Origin: an uncultured Gammaproteobacteria bacterium
GTDB taxonomy: Bacteria > Pseudomonadota > Gammaproteobacteria > UBA9214
Length of the DNA stretch: 31,881 bases
Assembly: GCA_963827755.1 (NCBI GenBank)
Contig: CAWHCQ010000002.1
Location: forward strand, 1 to 31,881
Reading direction: 5' to 3'
The notes beneath the pieces were generated by a model. The model ran no database searches. It was not told the origin of the DNA and saw only the letters and a program-made list of their open reading frames with translations. Shown one piece after another: positions 11,036 to 21,111 of the stretch. Made by a program: the position numbers and the translations under genes. Position 1 is the stretch's first letter, and each line of letters begins with the position of its first letter.

Positions 11036-11118
11036 GGCCGACATCCGCCCGGGCACAGCCCTGCCGAATAAGACACTGTTTTTGAAATCCTATATGACAA
11101 AATTTAACATTAATTCAC

Positions 11119-11148
11119 TTGTACAGGACGGCTACCCGGTAATATGAT
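11119..11148 (+). promoter_or_regulatory. Possible sigma-70 promoter for the first pilin
   Basis: TTGTAC-N18-TATGAT, preceded by an AT-rich tract, about 130 bp upstream of the pilin ATG. Confidence 0.35.
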
Positions 11149-11278
11149 ATGACTCGATACAAAAAAGCTGCGCTCTCGAGGCAATCAGGCAAGGCCCTGC
11201 AGCGCTCCAGGACAACGACCATTACCGGGGCGTCGACCGGCATAGACCCCGGACCATGAAATCAGGAGAAGCAATACC

Positions 11279-11710
11279 ATGAAACAGCAAAAAGGATTTA
11301 CCCTCATCGAACTCATGATCGTCATTGCGATCATCGGCATCCTGGCCGCCATCGCGATTCCCGCTTACCTGGATTACACCATCCGCGCCAAGGTCTCCGA
11401 AGGCCTGAGCCTGAGCAACGGCGCCAAGGTGGCCGTCTCCGAGTACTACAATTCGAACGGTAAGCTTGGTCCCGCAGGCAATGCCGCCTACGGTTTACCC
11501 GCCAAAGATAAGATTAGAGGTAACAATGTAACCACGATCGAAGTATTGGCCAATGGCGTAATTGAGGTTACATACAGGAACAACCTGGGTGGTGATGCGG
11601 ACGAGAAAACGATCCAACTCACCCCTGTCACGGCGGAAGGCTCAGTCACATGGGACTGCAGAACCGGTGGTAGCATGGACGACAAGTACCGTCCTTCAAA
11701 CTGCCGCTAG
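11279..11710 (+). CDS. pilA: Type IVa pilin (copy 1)
   Basis: Prepilin cleavage site [26 protein letters not shown] and C-terminal disulfide loop WDC...[16 protein letters not shown]. Confidence 0.95.
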   Translation: MKQQKGFTLIELMIVIAIIGILAAIAIPAYLDYTIRAKVSEGLSLSNGAKVAVSEYYNSNGKLGPAGNAAYGLPAKDKIRGNNVTTIEVLANGVIEVTYRNNLGGDADEKTIQLTPVTAEGSVTWDCRTGGSMDDKYRPSNCR

Positions 11711-11734
11711 CCGTTACCTACAATGCTGTTAAAC

Positions 11735-11761
11735 AATGCCCCGGAAACGGGGCATTTTTTT
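11735..11761 (+). terminator. Rho-independent terminator after pilin 1
   Basis: AATGCCCCG-GAAA-CGGGGCATT followed by a T tract. Confidence 0.9.
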
Positions 11762-11823
11762 GCCTGTTGATCAACGCACAATGCCGCACCGCTCCTGCAC
11801 ATCCCGGGCCCCGTTTGAACAGC

Positions 11824-11891
11824 CTGTAGGAGCCAGCGTCAGCTGGCGAAGTATTCGCGAGGTGTTCGCGAGCTGACGCTCGCTCCTGCAG
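11824..11891. repeat. GTAG-family REP doublet (REPIN-like inverted pair)
   Basis: Arm 1 is TGTAGGAGCCAGCGTCAGCTGGCGAA (11825-11850). Arm 2 reverse-complemented is TGCAGGAGCGAGCGTCAGCTCGCGAA (11865-11890). Each arm has its own 6-bp hairpin, the architecture of Pseudomonas-type REPs. Confidence 0.85.
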
Positions 11892-11977
11892 ACACCGGAG
11901 CGGATCCATCGCGATGCCTGTCTTCAGGGCCGCACTCGCAAATCATTGGTCCCATGCAAACAATCCCGGGGCAGGAA

Positions 11978-11994
11978 GTGACGTATTTCGTCAC
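11978..11994. promoter_or_regulatory. Candidate PilR enhancer site
   Basis: Perfect inverted repeat GTGACG-N5-CGTCAC about 185 bp upstream of the -24 element, separated from it by an AT-rich, possibly IHF-bound tract. Confidence 0.55.
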
Positions 11995-12176
11995 ATTCTG
12001 ACTTCTTTGGTGAAATGGCTCTTGTTTCATCATCGCCTGGAAAATAATTTTTGCAGTTTATTTCGTGTCTTTCGGCTCATCCCGAAAAAAATATTCTCCG
12101 TCAACTTACTGTTTTTCATATTTATATTGTAATTTCCAGGCCAAACCCCGTGGCTTGGCGAAGAATTGTCAAAGAG

Positions 12177-12193
12177 TTGGCATAGAAACTGAA
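12177..12193 (+). promoter_or_regulatory. Sigma-54 promoter of pilin 2 (non-canonical -12)
   Basis: TTGGCATAGAAACTGAA gives GG-N10-GA instead of GG-N10-GC. It lies upstream of a pilin near pilR. Confidence 0.6.
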
Positions 12194-12312
12194 TGTAAGC
12201 AAGCAGCCAAAGAAATCCGGGCATCGCCCGATACAGGCTGGACAGGGAAACCCGGTGTCGGGCTACCACAAGGACGTAAACCAAGTTTACAAACCATCTA
12301 GAGGGAAACACC

Positions 12313-12754
12313 ATGAAGACAATGCAAAAAGGTTTTACACTGATCGAACTGATGATCGTCATCGCCATCATCGGCATCCTGGCCGCCATCGCTATTCCGG
12401 CTTACCAGGACTACACCATTCGTGCCAAGGTATCTGAAGGTCTGAACCTCGCAGGCGCTGCCAAGCTGGCCGTCGCCGAGACTATGACAGCACCGGTGGC
12501 TGGGTTGCCGACCACGATGCTTATGGCGGTCTGCCTGCTGCTGCCAGCATCACCGGCAACTACACGTGCTTCCGTGACAGTCGGCACTGCCGGTACTAGT
12601 CACCATCCTGTACAACATCCAACGTGGGTGGTAATCCGACTGCCGATGGCACCAACATCATATCTGACCCCTACTGCGAATGCTGGTTCATTGACATGGA
12701 CCTGCACAGCTGGCAGCACTGCCGAGCAAGTACCGTCCTGCAAACTGCCGTTAA
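12313..12754 (+). CDS. pilA: Type IVa pilin (copy 2, probable major pilin; several apparent indels in the variable region)
   Basis: [43 protein letters not shown]. The C-terminus ...[15 protein letters not shown] (stop 12752-12754) is recovered by changing frame. Codons such as gct/act/ggt/cgt suggest high expression. Confidence 0.88.
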
Positions 12755-12779
12755 TAGTTTAAAGGATACTGCTGTACAG

Positions 12780-12810
12780 AAACGCCCCGGAAACGGGGCG
12801 TTTTTTATTT
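12780..12810 (+). terminator. Rho-independent terminator after pilin 2
   Basis: AAACGCCCCG-GAAA-CGGGGCGTTT followed by a T tract. Same core as the pilin 1 terminator. Confidence 0.9.
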
Positions 12811-12866
12811 CAACCCCGGTTTTTAACGGGGTATACTCGCGGCCAACGACACTGACAGACACGCTG

Positions 12867-14915
12867 ATGCCCTGCCCGAATCCCGTCACTCACCCTGACA
12901 CAAGCAAGCCCGGTCACTTGCAATGACCCTGCAAATCACCGGCTCACTACCGGGCCGACCTGGATCCTGCTGCTGGCAGTACTGTTGACGGTTGCGGTCT
13001 ATTTCCCCGGCCTGTCCGGCGATTACATCTTCGATGACATGGCCAACCTGCTTGATAACAAGCGCCTGGACATCGAAGCCCTCGATTACGACTCGCTGAG
13101 GTCAGCCGCCCTGTCATCAGGCTCCGGCCCGCTGCGCAGACCGGTGAGCATGCTCAGTTTTGCACTCAACCGCTACTTCTTCGGGGCCCACCCCTATTCA
13201 CACAAGGTTATCAACCTGGTCATCCACCTGTTGACCGGCCTGGCCCTGTTCGTCCTCAGCCGGCTGCTGGTGAGGGCCTAGCCAGCAGCAGACGCGGGGA
13301 CTGCGTCTGCCGGAAAACACCGCGCGCTGGCTGCCACTGGTGATCGCCAGCCTGTGGCTGGTACACCCGTTAAATCTCACCAGCGTGCTTTACATTGTGC
13401 AGCGCATGACCAGCCTGGCGGCCCTGTTCACGGTATGCGCCTTATGCACCTACGTCGCCGGCAGGCTGCGTATGCTGGCGGGCAGGCCCGGAAGGCTGCT
13501 GATCCTTGCAGGATTCCTTGTGTTTGGCGGGCTGGCCGTGTTCAGCAAGGAAAGCGGCGTATTGCTGCCGCTGTTCATGCTGGTTATTGAACTGGCACTG
13601 TTCCGCTTTCGCGACAGCCACGGACGAACAGACCGGTTTATTGTCGGCCTGTTTGTGATCATCATGCTGCTGCCCGCCTGCCTGGTCCTGTTAAAACTGT
13701 TCCTCAACCCGGGATGGATTCTCGACGGCTACAAGATGCGCACCTTCACCCTGACTGAACGCCTGCTCACAGAGGCACGGGTATTGATGGTGTACCTGAA
13801 ATTAACCGTCATGCCGACGACCGGCTCACTCGGCCTTTACCAGGACGACATTGCCCTGTCACGCGGCCTGTTTTCGCCGCCGGCAACACTCTATTCCCTG
13901 CTGGCACTCGCAGGGCTCTTCGGCGGCGCCCTCGCGCTGCTGAAAAGACAGCCGTTAATCAGTCTCGGGATACTCTGGTTCTTCTGCGCCCACGCCCTCG
14001 AATCGACCATATTTCCCCTGGAAATTGCGCATGAACACCGCAATTACCTGGCAGATTTTGGAATCATTCTTGCCCTCGGCAGTGCAATCGCCGTGATACC
14101 CATGCAAAAACTGGGGTCGGCCGTTCGCGTGATAACACCGGTGCTGTTTCTATGCATGTTTGCCTACACAACCTGGCTGCGTGCAGACCAGTGGTCTGAC
14201 AACGTCAAGTTTGCGGTATTCGAGGCCATGCACCACCCGCAATCGTTTCGCGCTGTTTATGCCGCGGGGCGCATTCACGCCAGGCTGGCACTGAATGGCC
14301 GGCAAGACAGCGTTGACGAGGCATTCAAGTATCTTGAGCAGGCAAGGAACATCGACGATTCCGAAATTATGCCGTCCATGGTCATGATCAAGGTGGCTTA
14401 CCTGCTGGACAGGCCCGTCAGGCAGGAATGGTTCGCCGATATCCTTGACCGGCTGGAACGCTACCCGATCACACCGAGTACACTCAACAGCCTGTTTGAA
14501 CTGGCCGGCTGCATGAGCACGAAGTGTACATTTCCGCACGAAACCATGGAGGAAATGTTCAGGTTGACCCTCGACAACCCGAGCCTTGCCCACAACGGAC
14601 GTCTGCGTGCTGAAGCCGAGACAATATACGGTTACTATACGATCAACATTCAGGCAAAATTTCGAGAAAGGCCGCCAATTATTCTTCCAGGCAGTAGCAA
14701 GCGATCCGCAGGATTCCCAGCACTGGATAAACCTGATCAAATTACTCACGGCATTGAATGATTTTGATGAGGCGGAACAACAACTGGAACTGTTCATGGC
14801 AGCAGACACCCATAGCGGAAACGAGGAGGATTTTCGCACCCTGAGGGAAGACATCGAAGCCGGACGCAAAGCAGCGGAAAACCCTGACACACTTGAGAAT
14901 CCAGGAGTCGAGTAG
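12867..14915 (+). CDS. TMTC/TfpW-like GT-C membrane glycosyltransferase with C-terminal TPR-like region (frameshifted; start uncertain)
   Basis: Joined ORFs 12985..13281, 13340..14761 and 14586..14915 carry DYIFDD, RPVSMLSFALN, NLVIHL, LWLVHPLNLTSVLYIVQR, SKESG and EHRNYL motifs. Directly downstream of the pilins. Confidence 0.8.
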
Positions 14916-14918
14916 CCA

Positions 14919-15807
14919 ATGAGCCAGAGCGTAAGCATAATCCTGCCGGCAAAAAACGAGGCCGAAAGCCTGCGGCGAACTGTTGCCGGTGCTGCGCAGG
15001 AATTTCCCGCAAGAGGAAATCATCGTCGTCAACGACGGCTCAAGCGACAACAGGGTGGAAATCTGCGAACAGAACCAGGTGACAGTCATTACACACGTCT
15101 ACTCCATGGGTAATGGCGCAGCGATCAAGACCGGCGCCAGAGATGCCAGCGGCGATATCCTGATGTTCATGGATGCCGATGGCCAGCATGATCCCGACGA
15201 CATCAATCGCCTGATCGAGAAAATCAATGCGGGCTATGATATGGCCGTCGGGGCCAGGCAGATCGATACGCATGCCTCTTTGCTGAGGAGAATCGGCAAC
15301 ACCTTCTACAACAAACTGGCATCAATCATGACCGGCTACCCGATCAAGGACCTTACCTCGGGCTTTCGTGCAGCAAGGGCCCGGCATTTCCGCAAATTCC
15401 TCTACCTGTTACCGAATAAATTTTCCTACCCGACAACCAGCACCATGGCTTTCTTTCGTTCCGGGCTTGCGGTCGCCTACGTGCCGATCAAGGCCATGAA
15501 CCGGGCAGGCGATGCGAAAAGTCACATCAGGCTGTTTCATGACGGATTCCGCTTTCTTATTATTATCCTCAAGATCGGCGCATTGTTTTCACCCATGCGG
15601 TTCTTTCTGCCGATAAGCGGACTGCTGTTCTTTACCGGTATGACCTACTATGGTTACACCTACTACAACTTTGGACGGCTCACAAACATGACGGCAATTC
15701 TTGTACTGGGCTCACTGTTTACTTTCCTGATCGGGATCGTGTCGGAACAAATATCTGCCCTGCATTACAAGGATATACATGAAACAAGGCGGCGTACGAG
15801 CCGCTAG
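14919..15807 (+). CDS. GT2 glycosyltransferase, polyprenol-phosphate sugar synthase-like (frameshift near 14980)
   Basis: SIILPAKNEAESL in one frame, then VVNDGSSD, MDADGQHDP, DLTSGFRA and two C-terminal TMs in the next. Confidence 0.85.
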
Positions 15808-16010
15808 CATCCTGGTGGACGACAGACAATATTGCCCGCGGATGTCCGGAGACCATGCGGCAGCCGCGCCCGGCTATATCAAATACTGTCAGGCCGGGTT
15901 CAGCACACTCGCCATACTGGCAAAGGACATCGGCCGGCCAACACCCCAAGAAACTTCACAGCGCTCGTCACCGTAGTCATTTACGGGCAAGCATCCGTGA
16001 CGAAAAGACT

Positions 16011-16963
16011 ATGAGCACCAACCAGGTATTTTCAGATGATACGGTCGCGGTCATCGTGACCTATAACCCCGATCTGGATACAATCAGGCAGATGCCTGGC
16101 ATCACTGTCCGGTCAATGCGCCGCGGTGATCATCGACAATGGCTCAAGCGAAGCCTGGTTTCCCGTCTGGAAGTCACTGGTCTCGGAGTCTGGCTCTGTA
16201 GAACTGATATGCCTTGAGAATAACATGGGGATTGCCTTTGCACAAAACCATGCAATCAGCCACATAATGGAAACGCGCAGCCGGAGTCAGGTTCACGCTG
16301 CTGCTTGATCACGACAGCATTCCTGACAGGAACATGGTATCCAGTCTCGAGCAGGTCTTCAAAGGCCATGCAGGCTCACTCGAGAGTTGCAGGCGTTGGA
16401 CCGGTACTTTACGACCCCAGGGACAAAAAACACCTGGATTTCCATAAAATCAGGTTCGGCCTTTGGGGAAAAATCAAACCCGGCAAGCCTTGGCAGGGAA
16501 AACCCGACGGTAGAAGTTGACAGTCTTAACAGTTCCGGCACCCTGTTATCCAACACGGTGTTTACCGAAACAGGCGGGTTTGACAGCGGCCTGTTTATCG
16601 ATCACGTGGAAACCGACTGGTGCTTCAAGGCAAAGTCCCTTGGATACAAACTGTTTGGCACCATCAATACACAACTGACCCATCACATGGGTGATGACGT
16701 CTGCTACTACTGGCTGTTGAAAAAGCGGAGAATGCCCTACCGGTCTCCCGCGAGGCATTACTATATCGTCAGGAACAGCGTGCTGTTACAAAAAAGAAGC
16801 TATGTGCCGATTGCCTGGAAAATTTCCAATGTATTGAAACTGTGTTTCACCTTCTGCTACTTCGGCTGCTATTACCAGGGACCGGACACAACAACGCAAA
16901 CAGATACGTCTCGGCTTCATGGATGGTCTGAAAGGTGTTACCGGGGCTTACGAACAAAAATGA
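16011..16963 (+). CDS. GT2 rhamnosyltransferase-like protein (RfbF/RhlC type; several apparent frameshifts)
   Basis: Successive frames give AVIVTYNPD, IIDNGS, NMGIAFAQN, LLLDHDS, NSSGTLL, FDSGLFIDHVETDWCFKA, RHYYIVRN and DGLKG. Confidence 0.78.
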
Positions 16964-17063
16964 ATCAAACAGGACACAGCCGGAGGTCTGGTCCTGCTCC
17001 CGGCTGATTCCGGGGGAGGTTTATACATGCTGTATATGGCTTCTCTTATTCACGCTCTTACTT

Positions 17064-18063
17064 TCACTTCTCAACAGGTTTTTTATATAACATAAGCGCA
17101 GCTACCACCACTCCAGAAACCAGAAACCTGGTTTCAAACACAATAACCTTGAGCATGGTTATGCCGTTTGTGGAAAAAATGCGCATCAGCGCTTTAGCCG
17201 GAGACTGGTACAATAATTTCCGGGTTAACTGGTAAGACAATGCTCTTGCAAGAAGCCCGGGGATATTACCATCCGGCTCTCCTTCCATTTTATTTATGTC
17301 ACTGATTCGCTGCTTGTAAACGTCAATACACTTCAGGTTATCGCGCTCTCTCTTGCTTATTACCCTTCGTATCAAGCCCTTGCCCCATGTCGCTTCGCGA
17401 GTCTCTCCAACCTCTACACGGTATCTCACCAACGATTCATTGACATATAGAACTGCATCATTCAGTGCCGCCCGAAATCCAAGAACCAGGTCTTCATATG
17501 CCCGACTAAATTCCAACGGCCCAAAATGCTCATAAAGTTTTTTACTCCATGCGCCCGAGGCACCAATATACAGACTATTTGCAAGCGCCATTTCCTCCAG
17601 CCCCATTCTTTTGGTTACGATTGGCGGACGCCATTCGCCAATTTCATTATTGAATTTGTCAACCTTCATAACATCCGAGTGAAGCAGCATGGGTTCGCCT
17701 TCTGATCTCTTGCAAGCTTCTACCAGATGTCTTGTGCGATACGATAAGGAAATATCATCACCCGGCCGCCGCGACAATCCAGTCCCCATTCGCCAGTTCA
17801 AATACTTTATTTACATGAGCAATCAACCCCAGGTTATCAGTGTTTCTGTTTAGCCTGACTACGTTTGGACCACTGTACTCATCGACCATCTGCTGGATTA
17901 TCTCGAATGTATGATCGGTTGAGCAATCATCCGAAATGATTATTTCAAGTGGGGAGTAATCCTGCGCAAATGCGCCCTCTATCGCATCCCTGATATATTT
18001 TTCCTGATTATATGCAAATATTGCAAAGGTAATTAATGGATCCGGTTCTTTTCTTACAGCCAT
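17064..18063 (-). CDS. GT2 glycosyltransferase (frameshift near 17760)
   Basis: ITFAIFAYNQEKYI...SDDCSTD...WIVAAAG, then DDIS...YEDLVLGFRA in the adjacent frame (one extra G). Visibly AT-richer than its neighbours. Confidence 0.85.
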
Positions 18064-18088
18064 CTGCACGTCTCTATACCTGCCATAA

Positions 18089-19547
18089 TCAGGAAGTAAA
18101 CTTTCGTTGCAACATCCCGCGCAAATCCACCAAACTATCCAGCCTGCGCAGGCTATAAACACTTATCAGCAGCGTCGTCATTAATCCAGACACATAACCT
18201 GCAGTTGCCGATTGATCAGAAAGAAGCATTATGAGACCACCTGCAAGCAAGAGAATCAGCGTAAAAAGCCAGTTTCTCCGTGCGAGCCTGAAGCGGATAA
18301 GATTGATTGCTACTATCGCAACTACGCCACAATAGATCAGGTAGGCAAACCAGAAGCCCACCCCAACCGTTGCCAGGCCAAACTCGGGCATACCCAAAAG
18401 AATCGAGCCAAGGTATGCCGCACACCAGGTGAGCTCGGTTCCGATAAAAATACCCCCTCGTCCGGCGGCCAGGATAATAAAACCCATCGGCCAACTGACC
18501 ACCTTGAGAATGTCACCCAGCACTTGCCAGCGCAGTATTTCCGCCGCAGGGCTGAAGCTTTCGGCATAGAGCAGATGAATCACCCAGGGTGCAAGTGTGA
18601 TCATCGCCAGCAGCACAGGTCCGGCCAGCAGCAGGGCCATCTCGGCCTGTTCGTTGACCAGTTTTCTTGCGCGCTCGTGGTCGCTGATGGCTGCGGACAG
18701 GCGGGGGTAAGTAGTCCGTGCCCATCGCCCCCAGCATGAAACCAATATAGGTCATCGAAATGGCCCAGGCCGCCTGGAAATAGCCGCTGGCATCCAGTCC
18801 GAGTTCACGCAGGACAATGGAGCGCACGGCAAGCTGGGTGGTCAGCGTAAGCAATCCTGCGGCCATGAGGGGTATGCCCAGTTTCAGCATGACAAGCCAT
18901 TGCTGCTGAATAACCGCCAAGTCGTATGGCACCTGCAGGCGCGGCACACGGGCGGTATAGTAGCTCGCCACCAGCATACTGACAGCAGGGCTGGTCAGCA
19001 CAAACCAGAGTACGCCATCTTCCCCCAGCAGATAGACCGCTAGAATACCTACCAGTGCACCAACGAGTGCACTGAGGATACTGACCCGCGCAAGATCGCC
19101 AATAAGGCGCAGACCTTGCAGCAGGGCGGTTTGCGACCCGGCAATCAGGGTAAGCAAAAGCCCAAGCCCCAGCCAGCCTACCTCGCCGGAATGAGATGTG
19201 TCGCCAAATACCCACAGGGCAACAGGCTCGCGCAGCAGCCAGAGCATGACCATACCTGCAATCCCCAGCATAAGGCTGCCCATCCACAAGGCACGACGCA
19301 CGATGGCCAATGTTTCTGCCTCGCCCGCCGAGGCCGCCAACTGCCGCACGCCGCTGTCGCTCATGCCGCAGCCGGCAAGCGTGGAAGCCATGCCCATGAT
19401 ATTTTGGTACAGACCCATGAGACCTATGCCCGCAGGTCCCAGCAGCACGGCCAGCACTTTGACCTTGACGATGCCGATGACTATGTTGATGACTGAGGCA
19501 CCGCCAATGATGGCGCTGGAACGAAAGATCTGGCGGTGCGATGTCAC
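18089..19547 (-). CDS. wzx: Wzx O-antigen/oligosaccharide flippase (frameshift near 18710)
   Basis: Multi-TM MOP-family protein: [34 protein letters not shown]|[19 protein letters not shown]. Confidence 0.85.
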
Positions 19548-20655
19548 GACTGGAAATCGAGCAAGGCGGCGATAACCTGATCCTGTTGCTCAAAGGTGAG
19601 ATGCGGCCCAATGGGCAGGCTAAGCACTTCGTCAGCCATCTTCTCGGCGATTGGGAAATCGCCGCGCTTGTAACCCAATTCCGCATAGGCCTGCTGCAAA
19701 TGCGGCGGGATGGGGTAATGCACCAGGGTGCCGATACCCCGATCGGTCAGATAGGCTTGCAGGGCGTCTCGTTGGGGTGTGCGGATGACGTAAAGATGCC
19801 AAACAGGATCGGCCCACGCTGGTACTTCAGGCAGAACATATTGCGAACCGGCCAGGGCTTCGTTGTAACGTCTGGCCAGCGCCTTGCGGCGGCTGTTCCA
19901 GTCATCCAGATGCTTGAGCTTGATTCCGAGCACGGCCGCCTGGATGGGGTCGAGACGGCTGTTGAAGCCCTGCACTTCATTGACGTACTTCACCCGTGAG
20001 CCATAGTTGCGCAGCACGCGGATGCGGTCGGCGATTTCGGGATCATTGGTGGTGACTGCCCCGCCGTCGCCAAAAGCCCCCAGGTTCTTGCCGGGGTAGA
20101 AGCTCCACGCCACCGCATCGCCATGGCCACCAATGCTTCTGCCCTTTGTAGCGTGCGCCGTGCGCCTGGGCGGCATCTTCCAGCACCTTCAAGCCATGCC
20201 CGTGTGCAATGGCCAGAATCGGATCCAGATCGGCTGGCTGGCCATACAGGTGTACCGGAAGAATCACCTTGGTGCGCGGCGTGATCGCTGCCTTCGATCA
20301 GGTTAGGGTCAATGTTATAGCTGCGCTCATCCGGCTCCACCGGCACCGGCGTGGCACCGCACTGGCTGACGGCCAGCCAGGTGGCGATGTAAGTATTGGC
20401 TGGAACAATGACCTCGTCGCCGGCGCCAACCTCCATCGCGCGCAGGGCAAGGTGCAGGGCATCGAGTCCATTGGCTACACCGACGCAATGTTTGGCATCA
20501 CAGGCGGCTGCGAAGTCTGCTTCGAAAGCCTCGACTTCAGGACCGAGGATGTACCAGCCTTTACGTAACGAGGCTAACACCGCTGATTCAATCTCGGACT
20601 GCAGTTCCCTGTATGCGGCGCCCAGCTCAAGGAATGGAACGCTTATGCCTGCCAT
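19544..20655 (-). CDS. fdtB: DegT/DnrJ family aminotransferase, FdtB/QdtB-like (two apparent +1 frameshifts near 20292 and 20143)
   Basis: [49 protein letters not shown] (PLP lysine), [18 protein letters not shown]. Confidence 0.88.
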
Positions 20656-20848
20656 CGCGCCCTCATGAATTCTGCGTAATCACGATAGTAATCGCCCTCA
20701 TGTATTCGCCACCGCCCGTGACGTCATAAAGATAATTAACCCGCTGGATGTCGAATGGGATTTGATTGCTCGACTCGATAAAAGCCAGGTTGCCGCGTGG
20801 TTCCTCCATTTTTGGCGGATTGAAAGTCTTGCAACGGTCAACGCCCAT
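20643..20848 (-). pseudogene. fdtA: Internally deleted duplicate of fdtA
   Basis: 5' part (PRGNLAFIESSNQIPFDIQRVNYLYDVTGGGE) is fused out of frame to the 3' part ([18 protein letters not shown]). It is 206 nt versus 411 nt for the intact copy at 29320..29730. Confidence 0.9.
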
Positions 20849-21111
20849 CTACTGCGCCGTATAGTCATGGAAGAGTATATTCGCACTGATATGGCATCTT
20901 GCAAGCTTGTTCTCCTTCAGCAACTTTCCTACTTGACTCACGGTTTTGCCTATATGCTGGCGCAACGCTACTGGCAGCAAAAGAATAAAGTGTGTCAAGC
21001 TGTACCCGGCTGCCAACCTATGACAGCCATACTGCACTCTACCTTGATGATACAACCGCCTGGCAACTCCACTGTTAACCAGATAAGCCAATAACTTAAT
21101 CAAGTAATACG

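Noticed and set aside
1780-11056. Long antisense ORFs (e.g. 1780..2715, 5519..6598, 6402..7541, 9644..10408)
   Set aside because: These are shadow frames opposite well-supported genes in GC-rich DNA and have no protein motifs.
12205-12290. c-di-GMP-I riboswitch in the pilin 2 leader
   Set aside because: A GAAA-capped hairpin is present, but the GGCAAACC...GACGCAAAGC two-hairpin core is not.
11279-12754. Electrically conductive (e-pili) pilins
   Set aside because: Pilin 1 has F1, Y24, Y27, Y50 and Y51 but only about 9 aromatics in 136 mature residues with long gaps. Both are full-length pilins, below the density proposed for e-pili.
11279-12810. Diversity-generating retroelement or invertible pilin switch
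   Set aside because: No reverse transcriptase or invertase is in the window. The pilins are co-oriented, and their differences are not adenine-specific.
16977-17006. Terminator between the convergent GT2 genes
   Set aside because: An imperfect CAGCCGG...CCGGCTG stem exists but has a large loop and no T tract, too weak to call.
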